Translations under genes and position numbers: made by a program
Shown here: positions 14,939-23,988 of the stretch, in pieces
How positions within the stretch are numbered: position 1 is the first letter of the stretch
Layout: each line of letters starts with the position of its first letter
Notes under the pieces: generated by a model
Told to the model about the DNA's origin: nothing
What the model saw: only the letters and a program-made list of their open reading frames with translations
Databases searched by the model: none
Assembly (NCBI GenBank): GCA_964433135.1
Contig: CAYSQW010000002.1
Location: 5,300-29,299, forward strand
DNA length: 24,000 nucleotides
Source of the DNA: an uncultured Eubacteriales bacterium
GTDB lineage: Bacteria; Acidobacteriota; Aminicenantia; Aminicenantales; Aminicenantaceae
Direction: 5' to 3'

Positions 14939-16740
14939 TCAGGAAAGGATGTCCTCCAGAAGCCGGTATTTTCCCCAGCGGGGGCATGAAAAGAATTCCA
15001 TCCGTGTAAGGAGCCAGCTCGCGAACGAGGCGGCGGGAAATGACGGCTCCCTCTTTTTCTCCTTCCCGTCCTCGTTTTCCTTCCATCCGCTGGAGAAATT
15101 CGTCCGGTATGGATATTCCAGGGACTTCAAAGTGAATATATTCCGCGTTTCTTCCCGATATAAGCGGCATGAAGCCGACCAGGATGGGAATACCGGATGA
15201 TTTGAAGCTCTCAAGGGTTTTGCGGCATCCGGGGATATCGAATACCGGTTGGGTGATGATGAAATGAGCTCCGTTCTTGAGTTTGCGCTGCATGGAATCC
15301 GGATTCACATTTCCCTTTTCTCCCAAGCCCGTACCGACTCCGATGAAAAAACCGGTTTGTTTTCCTAGAGGATTTCCCAAAATATCGATGCCGTGGTTCA
15401 GGGAGTCCAGCATTTCCACCAGCCCTTCCGATGTGAGGTCGTAGACGCTTGTAGCGAAAGGGTAATCGCCGATCGAAGGGGATGCCCCGCCTAACAGTAA
15501 AAAATTTTCCAAGCCAAGAAGGGCTGAAGCCCTTAAAAGATCCGATTGGATGCCCAATCTGTTCCGATCGCGTGCGGTATAATGAACGATGATTTCCAGA
15601 TGAAGTCGGTCTTTGAGCAATTTAACCGTCGCGATGGGGGACATGCGAGGTTTTGCCATCGGGCTGTCGGAGACATTGATGATGTCGAGCTGTGAGGCTC
15701 GATGGATTTGAAAAATTTTTCAAAATCGGAATCTTTCGGGGGGTCGACTTCCAAGGCGACCGCAGAACCGCACTGAAGGAGATTCCGCAGGGGGGATGTG
15801 ATGACGGGAGGCTTCCTGACATCGCTGCGTTCCTGAATAGAAATGGATTTCACCCTGCGGCCGCGAGGGATCAAGCCCTCGAGAGCGGTGTGCAGACGGC
15901 TGATGTGCTCGGGGGTGGTGCCGCAGCACCCACCCAGAACCTTGATCCCGTTATCGAGGTGTTTTTTTCCGTAACGCGCGAAGTAATCCGGATTCGAGGG
16001 GTAAATTTACCCTGAGAGAATTGCGCAAGGCCGGCATTGGGCATGGCGATCAATTCTTTTTCGGATACCGAGCCCATCTTTTTAACGGCTTCCAATATGC
16101 TTTGAGGACCGGTTCCGCAGTTGGCGCCGATAACCTGAGAAGAGGTTTTGTTGAGCTTGAGCGATACTTCGTAAGGAGTTTTTCCGAAAAGCGTAAGACC
16201 GTTGTTGGGATAGGTCATGGAGGCGATGATAATCAGATCGGAGTTGAATTCTCGGGCCGTTTTAACTCCTATCCGCAGTTCGCTCAGGCTGGCGAAAGTC
16301 TCGAACAAGAGAAGATCGATGCCCCCTTCCAGCAATCCTTCCAACTGTTCTTGTATGATTCCGCGGATATCGGAGGAACTCAGCTTCTTCTCTTTGTCCA
16401 GCGGACGGGTTATCGGTCCGATCGATCCGGCGACGAAGGCCTGATCCTTGGTGGTACGTTTGGCCAGCCGGGCGCCGTAGTCATTGATCTCCTTGGTTTT
16501 ACCCGCCAGGCCGTAATAATCCGCGAGAACCGATCGGTTGGCGCCGAAGGTGTCGGTGGTGATAATATCCGCGCCCGCGTCGATGTAGGATTTGTGGATG
16601 TCCCCTTTAAGATCGGGGGCAATGAGGTTGAGCTCCTCAAGACAATCGAAACAGGATGGAGAGCGCTTCATGATCTCCGTGCCGATAGCACCGTCGAGAA
16701 TAAGGCCTTTTTCGGAAAAGGCCCGCGAAAGATCCATCAT
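14939..16740 (-). pseudogene. frame-disrupted YitJ-like bifunctional homocysteine S-methyltransferase / 5,10-methylenetetrahydrofolate reductase
   Basis: The homology runs through three reading frames. Frame 1 (track ORF 15871..16965; true start probably MMDLSRAFSEKGLILDGAIGTEI at 16740) carries the HMT domain up to NAGLAQFSQGKF. Frame 2 (part of 15533..15874 and upstream of it) carries YPSNPDYFARYGKKHLDNGIKVLGGCCGTTPEHI...ALEVDPPKDSDFEKFFKSIE. Frame 3 (N-terminal part of 13680..15659) carries SQLDIINVSDSPMAKPRMSPIA...HFIITQPVFD...GILFMPPLGK. A natural C-terminus, GKYRLLEDILS*, lies in the frame of track ORF 14939..15214, the same frame as segment 2. The reconstructed product is about 600 aa. 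Confidence 0.75.
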
Positions 16741-17130
16741 AGGTTTTCCTAAAGAGGGTCGATGGAAAGGAAGCATAGAGGAATGCTCCGGTCGGCGCAA
16801 AAGCCGCTGATCCCGGACCGATCGAGTGATCCGGTCAGGAATGAAGGCAGTGGAAACGAACGTTTTGTGATGTCCATAAAATGCATCCCTCTTCAAGTGG
16901 ATCTGTTTTTCCCGTTGTCTGTGGATTTTCGTCATTATAGTATATTCCCCGCCTCCCGCCCACATCCGGGAAGGGACTTATGCCGGCGTCGGCGCGGAAA
17001 AATTCCGGGATTTGAAAACGACAAGAATCATGACGATCAACCGAAGGGCAATGCATTGATGATCCCGGGCCTCGCGGTTCTATTCTCGAGGAAGGCCGAT
17101 CCGCGAAAGCGGTGTATCGGCTGTATGCCT

Positions 17131-18498
17131 TCAGTCCCGACTTTCCACTTCTTCCACTTCAGGCTTCCAATCATCCGGAGAACGGGGAAAGACATCCAGG
17201 AAATCCGCTGGGGTTCGGAACATATAGTCGAAACGGGTATTGCGGATAACCACTTTGCCCGATGCTTCATCCGGTTCTCCGATGATAAGATTGATGGCCG
17301 GGGATTCTTCTTCACCTTTATCCAGCCGAAGGGTGATCTCGCCATACGCGGATTCCAGAGAATCTTCACCTTCTGAAAAAGGAGGGTCGATGAATGAGTC
17401 GCATTCCAGTCCGTCCAGTTTTCGGAGAAATTCTTCGATCTTATCCGTGTCCGCCGGGCTTTGTACAGGGCTTTTGAAATTCCATTTGTTTTCATCATCC
17501 TTGGCCAGGATGTATTCAAGACCGTCTTGTTTCAACGTGAAGCCGTCGACCTGCCAGCTGTAGAATTTGGCGATGTCCTTATCCCGGTATTCATCGATGC
17601 CCTTTCCCAGAGTCGTCAGAATGGAGTCCTCCGTGCTGACGATTTTTGTGGAAAGGGAGGTGGAGGCGTAAACCGTTTCGTCGTTTTTGTTCAGGATAAA
17701 TGCGAATTTTTGGTCGGATGAAGGCAGTTCGAGTTCGATTTCGAAGTCGGGCCGATCCAGGCGGTAGCGACGCGTTTCTTCAGCCGTGCGGTCTTCGGAA
17801 ATGAATTCACGGGCGCGAAGGTTGGAAAGCGCATTCAGGAGGCCCGAGATCTTGCCGGTAACGGCCAGTGAGGCAACCGGGGCGGTGAGAAACCATTCAT
17901 CCTCGCGTTTTTCCGCTTCCAGATGGAAATTTTCGGCTTTCAATCGGAACCGCTCCACGGCGGTGGTTTCGAAATTGAAAATGTCTTTTTTTCTGAAATC
18001 AAAAACTTTTTTTTCAAGAATAGATCCCAGGCTGCTTGGCACCAGGACGACCCGGGGATCGTCATTTCTTTTGGCAAATACGGTTTTATCCAAAGGATTC
18101 ACCGCTCCCAGCAGAATGACGGTCGGATCTCCCTGGCTTTTCGTGATCAGCCGGACCGTTATCCTGGGTATCTCATACACGGCCGGATCCTTGGCCTCCT
18201 CCTCTACGACGCGTTCGATCTTGAGTTCGGAGAAATCCCCGGCAAGGCGGTTGACCTCGAAATTGTCTGCCCTGGCTTCCAGGGGTTGGGTGATCATCCA
18301 ATCATCATTTTCATTTTTACGAAAAGAAATGGTCTCGTTTTCTCGAGCGAGTGTGATCTCTTGAATGTCCGAGGATTCCAGATTGACAAGCCTGCCTTCC
18401 GAATCTTTGCGGTTTTTAGACCGGCTTTCGAAAAAATAGACTCCACCCAAAAGAACGGCGAAAAGCACCAGCAGAATGAATGTGGTTTTGAACTTCAC
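17131..18498 (-). CDS. DUF4340 domain protein (accessory component of GldG-type ABC systems)
   Basis: 455-aa ORF whose GTG start overlaps the upstream stop (GTGA). It has an N-terminal TM anchor, MKFKTTFILLVLFAVLLGGVYFF. Repeated modules such as W.ITQPL..RAD...V..L are typical of DUF4340. It is the last gene of the ABC operon. Confidence 0.85.
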   Translation of the reverse strand: MKFKTTFILLVLFAVLLGGVYFFESRSKNRKDSEGRLVNLESSDIQEITLARENETISFRKNENDDWMITQPLEARADNFEVNRLAGDFSELKIERVVEEEAKDPAVYEIPRITVRLITKSQGDPTVILLGAVNPLDKTVFAKRNDDPRVVLVPSSLGSILEKKVFDFRKKDIFNFETTAVERFRLKAENFHLEAEKREDEWFLTAPVASLAVTGKISGLLNALSNLRAREFISEDRTAEETRRYRLDRPDFEIELELPSSDQKFAFILNKNDETVYASTSLSTKIVSTEDSILTTLGKGIDEYRDKDIAKFYSWQVDGFTLKQDGLEYILAKDDENKWNFKSPVQSPADTDKIEEFLRKLDGLECDSFIDPPFSEGEDSLESAYGEITLRLDKGEEESPAINLIIGEPDEASGKVVIRNTRFDYMFRTPADFLDVFPRSPDDWKPEVEEVESRD

Positions 18499-20069
18499 AG
18501 CTTCCTCCTGCGCAGCCAGACCGTGATTCCCGTAATGAGGACGGCGAGGGGAAGGATGATGAGGGAAACGAAGAAAATCATTTTTCCTTGAGAAGGTGAT
18601 AAATGAATGGTTCTGGGAGTCGTGGTTTTGGGTTGGATCGAGATCAGATCTTCTTCTTCGGTCAGCCAGTTGGCGGTGTTGAGAAACAGATTCCCGTTTC
18701 CTGAGAGATTATAGTACTGGTTGGAGAAAAAATCGGAATCTCCGAATACGGCAAGACGGCCTTCTCGTCGATTTGAATTTTCGAAACCGGAGCTCTCGGC
18801 ACCCTCGCTTTCCGGGTCTCCGGCTCCGGTTTCGCGGTTATCGATCGTCACCACGCAGGCAAGAGAAACCGGACCGGCCTTATCCGACTCCTCGTCGAAA
18901 GTGACTTTCTGATGGTCGAGCTGTCGTTCCGACCAGGAATTGGCGCTGCTTTTGGCAATGGACTGAACAAAGATGCCGTCTGGTTTTTCCTCGGCGGGTT
19001 CAACCGAACGGGCATAGGGGAAAAATGTCGCATAGCGGAATTTTCGTGTGATATCATGGAATTCGTATTCACTGACCACGGGCATGAAATAATCTCCGCC
19101 CATCAGCCGGGAAACGGTATCGATGATCAAATCGTTTTCCAGCTGAATGCCGAAATCCAGGAGAAACGAATCGATGCCGGATGCGCTTTCCGGGTCGATC
19201 ATGAGAAAGACGCGCCCTCCACGGGAAAGATAGCTCTGTATCGTGTCAAGCTCTTCGGGAATCAGGTCTTTAACCGGGCCGGGGATAACCAGCAGGGCCG
19301 CGTCGTCGGGAAACGTCCCCTGCAGAGCAAGGCTCAGTTTTTGGACTTTGTACCCGATCTTCTCCATCTCGTTTTTAGCTTGCGAATAACCCGCGTCTTC
19401 TATATCTTCGAGGGAACCTTCGCCGTGTCCTTCCAGAAAATAGATGATTTTCTCTCCACCTCGGGTCAGCTTGATAATGGCGTTGGTGATGTCTTCTTCA
19501 GCCGTTGAGGTGATCCGGCTCTCTTTTCCCTCGTATTCGAGAATAGTGGTCCCGTCCTGGGTTATTTCATAACGTTTGACCAAACCGGGATTTTTATCCG
19601 GATCGATGAATTCGACTTTGATTTTGGAAGAGTGATAGCTGTAGATCTGGAGGAGGTTTTCCATCTTGGCTTTTTCATAATTTCCTTCGAGAAAGAAACC
19701 TTTGATTTGGATTTCCTTATCCAGATTTTTTAAGACGCTGATCGATTGATCGGCCAGGCTGTGGAGTTTTGACTCCGTGAAATCGAAACGGTGGTGGTGT
19801 TTGGCGAAAAAGAAATTGACGATAACCACGATGCCCAGAACCAGAATGATGATGAGAGCCAGGTTGCTGGAATAGAGGAATGATTTTCGTGTGAAGGTCT
19901 TTTTCAATTTCGATAGATTCAGCGCGATATAAACCGCAAGGGATAAAAACCCGAGAATGGCGAGGACCAGGGGAAAGGTTTTCTTATAGGGCCAGATATT
20001 GAAAGCCAGTAAAGCCAAAAAGAGCAGGGCATAGGCCGCATAGTTCATATATTTTTTGATATATTCCAT
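18495..20069 (-). CDS. GldG-like ABC-transporter auxiliary protein (ABC_transp_aux family)
   Basis: 524-aa ORF with GGAG upstream. It has N-terminal TM helices, a large periplasmic domain (FDFTESKLHSLADQSISVLKNLDKEIQIKGFF...IYFLEGHGE...LLVIPGP) and a C-terminal TM anchor. Confidence 0.88.
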   Translation of the reverse strand: MEYIKKYMNYAAYALLFLALLAFNIWPYKKTFPLVLAILGFLSLAVYIALNLSKLKKTFTRKSFLYSSNLALIIILVLGIVVIVNFFFAKHHHRFDFTESKLHSLADQSISVLKNLDKEIQIKGFFLEGNYEKAKMENLLQIYSYHSSKIKVEFIDPDKNPGLVKRYEITQDGTTILEYEGKESRITSTAEEDITNAIIKLTRGGEKIIYFLEGHGEGSLEDIEDAGYSQAKNEMEKIGYKVQKLSLALQGTFPDDAALLVIPGPVKDLIPEELDTIQSYLSRGGRVFLMIDPESASGIDSFLLDFGIQLENDLIIDTVSRLMGGDYFMPVVSEYEFHDITRKFRYATFFPYARSVEPAEEKPDGIFVQSIAKSSANSWSERQLDHQKVTFDEESDKAGPVSLACVVTIDNRETGAGDPESEGAESSGFENSNRREGRLAVFGDSDFFSNQYYNLSGNGNLFLNTANWLTEEEDLISIQPKTTTPRTIHLSPSQGKMIFFVSLIILPLAVLITGITVWLRRRKL

Positions 20070-20072
20070 GAA

Positions 20073-20840
20073 TTATCTCCATTTCCTCGATTGGATAACC
20101 GAGTGTGTGAAAAAAAGACCGAGGAAGATGAAACTCAGGTAGTAGACGATATCCGTTGTATCCAGGATGCCGCGCGTCAATCCGTCGAAATGCTGAAAAA
20201 ATGATATATAGTTGAGGACATCCTTCCAGATTCCGCTCGTCGAGAATGATGCCCAATTCAACACCCAAAACAGCAGAAGCGCCCCGAAAGTCAGAACAGC
20301 GGAAACGATCTGGTTGTCGGTCAGAGAAGAGAAGAAGATTCCGACGGCCATGAAGGCGGCGCCCATGAGAAAGAGTCCCAGATATCCGGTGAGAACGGGC
20401 GCTAATTCGGGATTTCCGAAGAGGAACGTAAACAGGGAGAGCAGGCCGTTGAGGGCGAGCATGACGAGCAGAACGAAAAGCGATGCGAAGTATTTTCCCA
20501 GGATGATCTGATTGACGGAAAGCGGCGAAGTATACAGCAGTTCATCCGTCTTGGAGCGCTTCTCTTCGGAAAACAGTCGCATGGTGAGCAGCGGGATCAT
20601 CAACAGCAGGATGATGCTGATGTTGTGGAACAGCGGAGCGTACACCATCTGATTGATGTTGAGTTGCTGGAGGGCCTGGGGGTTGCGCGCCATCTGCAGC
20701 GACTGCATGTTGAACCACCATATCAAACTCTGAAAGAAAAACCCCACCAGAACCAGAAAAACGGTGATGGTCACATACGCGATCGGAGAAGTGAAGTAGG
20801 ATTTGATTTCTTTTTTGCATACAGCCCAGATATTGTTCAT
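20073..20840 (-). CDS. ABC-2 type transporter permease (GldF-like)
   Basis: The true start is MNNIWAVCKKEIKSYFTSPIAYV at 20840. Its ATG overlaps the ATPase stop (ATGA), and six hydrophobic segments follow. The track ORF's extra 46 N-terminal codons (to 20978) overlap the ATPase gene and read as Arg-rich nonsense. Confidence 0.88.
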   Translation of the reverse strand: MNNIWAVCKKEIKSYFTSPIAYVTITVFLVLVGFFFQSLIWWFNMQSLQMARNPQALQQLNINQMVYAPLFHNISIILLLMIPLLTMRLFSEEKRSKTDELLYTSPLSVNQIILGKYFASLFVLLVMLALNGLLSLFTFLFGNPELAPVLTGYLGLFLMGAAFMAVGIFFSSLTDNQIVSAVLTFGALLLFWVLNWASFSTSGIWKDVLNYISFFQHFDGLTRGILDTTDIVYYLSFIFLGLFFTHSVIQSRKWR

Positions 20841-21766
20841 TGTTCCACGCCTCCCGAGATGATCTTGAGATAGAGGTCTTCGATGCTCATCGACATCGGG
20901 CGCATCTCCTGAAGACCGAGATCTTTGTCGACGATGCATTTGAGGATATCGTCGATCGGAGACGTGCCGTATCGCCATTCGACGGCGTATTCATTCCGCC
21001 GCCGCCTGACATCTTCAACTCCGGGGATCTCCCGCAGGAGCTCCGAAATCCGGTCTTCGCCGTCACGCAGGCGGACATGAACGCCGTCGTTGCCGCCCCT
21101 GAAGGAAGAAGTGAGCTCTTCCAGAGATCCGGAGGCCATGAGCTTGCCGTCATTGATGATAACGGCGCCGTCGCAGGTCTGGGTCACTTCGGCAAGAATA
21201 TGGGTTGAAAGGATGATCGTGTGTTCTCCTCTCAAAGAGCTGATCAATTGACGGATTTCACGGATCTGAGCGGGATCCAATCCGACGGTCGGCTCATCCA
21301 GTATGATGACCTGTGGATCGTGGAGCAGGGCCTGAGCGATGCCCACCCGCTGCCTGTATCCCTTCGATATATTTTTGATCAGGCGGCCTTGGACGTCGCC
21401 GAGACCGCACACATCGAGGGCATGGCCGACGGCCCTTCTTCGCCTTTCACGAGGGACTTGTTTGATCTCAGCGACAAATTGAAGGTATGCCTGAACCGTC
21501 ATATCCGTATAGAGCGGCAAAACTTCAGGAAGATACCCGATGATTTTCTTGATTTCATTCGGTTGTTCAAATACGTCGAAACCGGAAACGGTGGCCTTGC
21601 CGTAAGTGGCGGGTAGATAGCAGGTCAAAACCCGCATGGTCGTGGTTTTTCCCGCGGCATTGGGACCGAGCAACCCCCAAATCTTACCTTTCTCAACCGT
21701 GAAGCTGAGGTCATCGACGGCAACCAGATCACCATATTTCTTAGTAAGGTGTTCGACTTCGATCAT
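20837..21766 (-). CDS. ABC transporter ATP-binding protein (GldA/CcmA-like)
   Basis: 309-aa ORF with a GAGGAG SD. Walker A GPNAAGKTT, signature ISKGYRQRV, Walker B VIILDEPTVGLD, H-loop STHIL. Confidence 0.95.
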   Translation of the reverse strand: MIEVEHLTKKYGDLVAVDDLSFTVEKGKIWGLLGPNAAGKTTTMRVLTCYLPATYGKATVSGFDVFEQPNEIKKIIGYLPEVLPLYTDMTVQAYLQFVAEIKQVPRERRRRAVGHALDVCGLGDVQGRLIKNISKGYRQRVGIAQALLHDPQVIILDEPTVGLDPAQIREIRQLISSLRGEHTIILSTHILAEVTQTCDGAVIINDGKLMASGSLEELTSSFRGGNDGVHVRLRDGEDRISELLREIPGVEDVRRRRNEYAVEWRYGTSPIDDILKCIVDKDLGLQEMRPMSMSIEDLYLKIISGGVEQ

Positions 21767-21846
21767 GTCCTATCTCCTCATATTATTGTAAGGCATGAAG
21801 CGAACGGATAAAAAGGGATCCGCTCGCCGGAAGCCCCGTATTAATG

Positions 21847-21879
21847 AACCTTGGAGAATAACTCCGCCCCAAGGTTTTT
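21847..21879 (-). terminator. GC-rich hairpin between argS and the ABC operon; weak candidate terminator
   Basis: Stem AACCTTGG (21847..21854) pairs with CCAAGGTT (21869..21876). A T5 run follows on the + strand and an A5 run precedes it on the - strand. On the coding (-) strand the stem is followed by CATTAAT, so the U-tract is poor. Confidence 0.3.
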
Positions 21880-21935
21880 GGTTGCATGGTTTTTAAGCCC
21901 ATACGAATACCCTCCCGGAGTAAAATGTGTCCGGA

Positions 21936-23870
21936 TCACATGCGATGGGGCCGGGGGATCCCCATCAGCGACAGCGCTTTCGACAATGTCCGCTCAATGT
22001 AAACGAGCGTTAGCAGTCGTATGTCCCGAATCTTTCGATTTTTTTCGAACAGAATCGGGTATTTATGATAATAAGCATTAAATTTTTGGCAGAGATTAAA
22101 TGCGAATTTAGCCAGGTGTGAGAATTCCAGTGAGCGCAGAGAATGAAGAACCTCATCATCGCATTGAGATCCGTAAAAAATCAGATCCCAGAAATCGGAC
22201 ATCTCGGATTCGGAGAGTGCGTCCAGGGGGATTTCGTTTTCGGCCCTGCGCTTGATGTCGGAAAGTTCGGTGCCCTCCATCGCTTTGAGTTTTTTGAAGA
22301 TGCTCCGGATGCGAACCAGCGTGTATTGGAGATAAGGACCGGTTTCGCCTTCGAAGCTGAGTGCCTCCTCGAAGTCGAAAACGATGAGGGAATTGCGTGA
22401 GAATTTCAGCATGAAATATCGCAGGGCGCCGCAGGCGATCTTGTGGGCCGTGTCCCTTTTCCTTTCTTCGCTGAAGTCGGGATTGCGTTGGGCGACTTCC
22501 GTCAGGGCCTTTTCCTGAAGGCGGTCGATGAGGTCGTCGGCTTTAACACCCAGGCCTTTACGGCCGGATACCTCGTGGAAGGCTTTTTCCTGATTTCCTT
22601 CCGCTGCTTTCAATCCCAATTCGGTGAGGCTTTTGGGTGAGAGAGCCACCATCTCATAAGAGAAGTGGATCGAATGATCCGCTTCCCGGTTGTATTGAAG
22701 CGATCTCAATCCCTGTGCGACGACTTTCTGGAGATAGGCCTGACGTGTGTCGATGACATTGTATACCAGGGACGCTTTCCCGAAATCAGGATTGAATGAA
22801 CTCGGGTGATCGGAGGTGATCCATATCGTGTGATCATTTATTTCCTCAAAGGGCTTATAGAAAAAGTCCTGATCCAAGAGCCCGAATTTCCACAGCTGGT
22901 AGGCAATATCCTTGCCTACGTATGTTACGGTTCCGTCCGATCGGACGATGATTTTCACTTGATCCTGAGAGTCTTCCAGAGACATGACCCAGCAGCCTTT
23001 ATTTTCACCGCTTTCGGCGAAGGAGATGGCGTGCTTTTGCTTGAGCAGATGAAATGCTCTTTCCCAAAATTTGAGGTGCAGGATGCTGCTTTCACACGGC
23101 AGAACATCGTAGCTTATATCCAAACGGCGCATGGTACGAAGATGGGCCCGCAGAATCCGGCGGGAAATAATGTGGGCCAGTGCCGCCTCGGGGGGTTCAC
23201 CCTGCTCGATATTTTTAAGGATACGGCTTCGAATTTTTTGGGCGTCGGCATTTTCTTCCAGAAATGCGGAAACCCGGGTGTAAAGATCCCAGCAGTAATA
23301 GTCGAAAGGATCCTCGATCGTCTCGATCTCAGCCGCGACTTTTTGCTCCATTTTCATGAAGCCGAATACGATGTCCACGACCTGGATTCCCGTATCGTCG
23401 ATGTAATTCTGAACTTCGACGCGTTCTCCCTTGTATTTCAGGCAGCGGCTCAGTGTGTCTCCCAGGATCGCATTGCGAAGATGTCCGATATGAGCCGCTT
23501 TGTTGGGATTGATGTTGGTGTGCTCGATAATGATCTTCGTTTCTTCCGGGTCCAGGGAGCTTTCTTCCACCGTATCCAGAAAGCGGCGGAAAAAATCACC
23601 TCGTTTCAGGAAAAGATTGATGAATCCTCCGCCGGCCACTTCGACCTTTTCGATCCCGGGCAGTGATTCGAGCAGGGGGCGGATCTCTTCGGCGATCTCG
23701 CGTGGAGAGCGCTTCAGAACCTTAGCCATTGAAAAAGGGAAGGCTGTGGCGTAATCACCCATGGAAATCTGGGGTGCGGTGGAGATTTCAAGGGGAGTCT
23801 CCTCCACGGGATATTTCTCTTTCAGCAATTCGAGGATGCAGGTTTTCAAGCTCTCTTTGATTTGACTCAT
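21936..23870 (-). CDS. argS: arginyl-tRNA synthetase (class I)
   Basis: 644-aa ORF with a HIGH-type motif in IIEHTNINPNKAAHIGHLRNAILGD. It has a DALR-type anticodon-binding C-terminal domain and ends in ...MGIPRPHRM, the terminal Met typical of ArgRS. Confidence 0.95.
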   Translation of the reverse strand: MSQIKESLKTCILELLKEKYPVEETPLEISTAPQISMGDYATAFPFSMAKVLKRSPREIAEEIRPLLESLPGIEKVEVAGGGFINLFLKRGDFFRRFLDTVEESSLDPEETKIIIEHTNINPNKAAHIGHLRNAILGDTLSRCLKYKGERVEVQNYIDDTGIQVVDIVFGFMKMEQKVAAEIETIEDPFDYYCWDLYTRVSAFLEENADAQKIRSRILKNIEQGEPPEAALAHIISRRILRAHLRTMRRLDISYDVLPCESSILHLKFWERAFHLLKQKHAISFAESGENKGCWVMSLEDSQDQVKIIVRSDGTVTYVGKDIAYQLWKFGLLDQDFFYKPFEEINDHTIWITSDHPSSFNPDFGKASLVYNVIDTRQAYLQKVVAQGLRSLQYNREADHSIHFSYEMVALSPKSLTELGLKAAEGNQEKAFHEVSGRKGLGVKADDLIDRLQEKALTEVAQRNPDFSEERKRDTAHKIACGALRYFMLKFSRNSLIVFDFEEALSFEGETGPYLQYTLVRIRSIFKKLKAMEGTELSDIKRRAENEIPLDALSESEMSDFWDLIFYGSQCDDEVLHSLRSLEFSHLAKFAFNLCQKFNAYYHKYPILFEKNRKIRDIRLLTLVYIERTLSKALSLMGIPRPHRM

Positions 23871-23882
23871 GATTGGTTAATA

Positions 23883-23910
23883 ATTATAGCAGATTGGAAT
23901 GAATGGGCAA
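23883..23910 (-). promoter_or_regulatory. promoter for argS: TTGCCC-N16-TGcTATAAT
   Basis: Minus strand reads ctcTTGCCCattcattccaatcTGcTATAATtattaaccaatcATG. The -35 is 23905..23910 and the -10 is 23883..23888. The 12 nt before the ATG contain no SD. Confidence 0.5.
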
Positions 23911-23988
23911 GAGGAAGCAAGGATTTTTCTTGCATCGCTCCATTTTCTGTGGTACTTAATTATTTTTATATAAGATAGAGGGAACATC

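Noticed and set aside
15995-16010. Programmed -1 ribosomal frameshifting as the explanation for the frame changes in the YitJ-like gene
   Set aside because: In the incoming frame the codons are GGT AAA TTT ACC, which is not an X_XXY_YYZ slippery heptamer. Site 2 (ATC GAG CCT CAC) has no slippery sequence at all. Three different shifts, two -1 and one +1, would be needed. Only site 3 (AAA ATA) could conceivably slip +1. Indels are the simpler explanation.
16741-16925. SAM-I (S-box) riboswitch in the YitJ-like leader, expected by analogy with Bacillus yitJ
   Set aside because: I could not find the conserved S-box elements (the GAGGGA...GGCCC core, the GCAACC junction or the kink-turn context). 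The only GAGGGA-like string (gaagagggatgc) lacks the flanking consensus.
16741-16965. N-terminal 75-codon extension of the HMT ORF (MWAGGGEYTIMTKIHRQREKQIHLKRDAFYG...)
   Set aside because: It shows no homology-like character and contains a TATAAT promoter element. The HMT domain begins right after MMDLSRAFSEKGLILDGAIGTEI (16740), so I treat the extension as untranslated leader.
20841-20978. N-terminal 46-codon extension of the ABC-2 permease ORF (MAIRHVSDRRYPQMHRRQRSRS...)
   Set aside because: It overlaps the 3' end of the ATPase gene in another frame and is Arg-rich nonsense. The ATG at 20840 forms a classic ATGA stop/start overlap and begins the hydrophobic protein proper.
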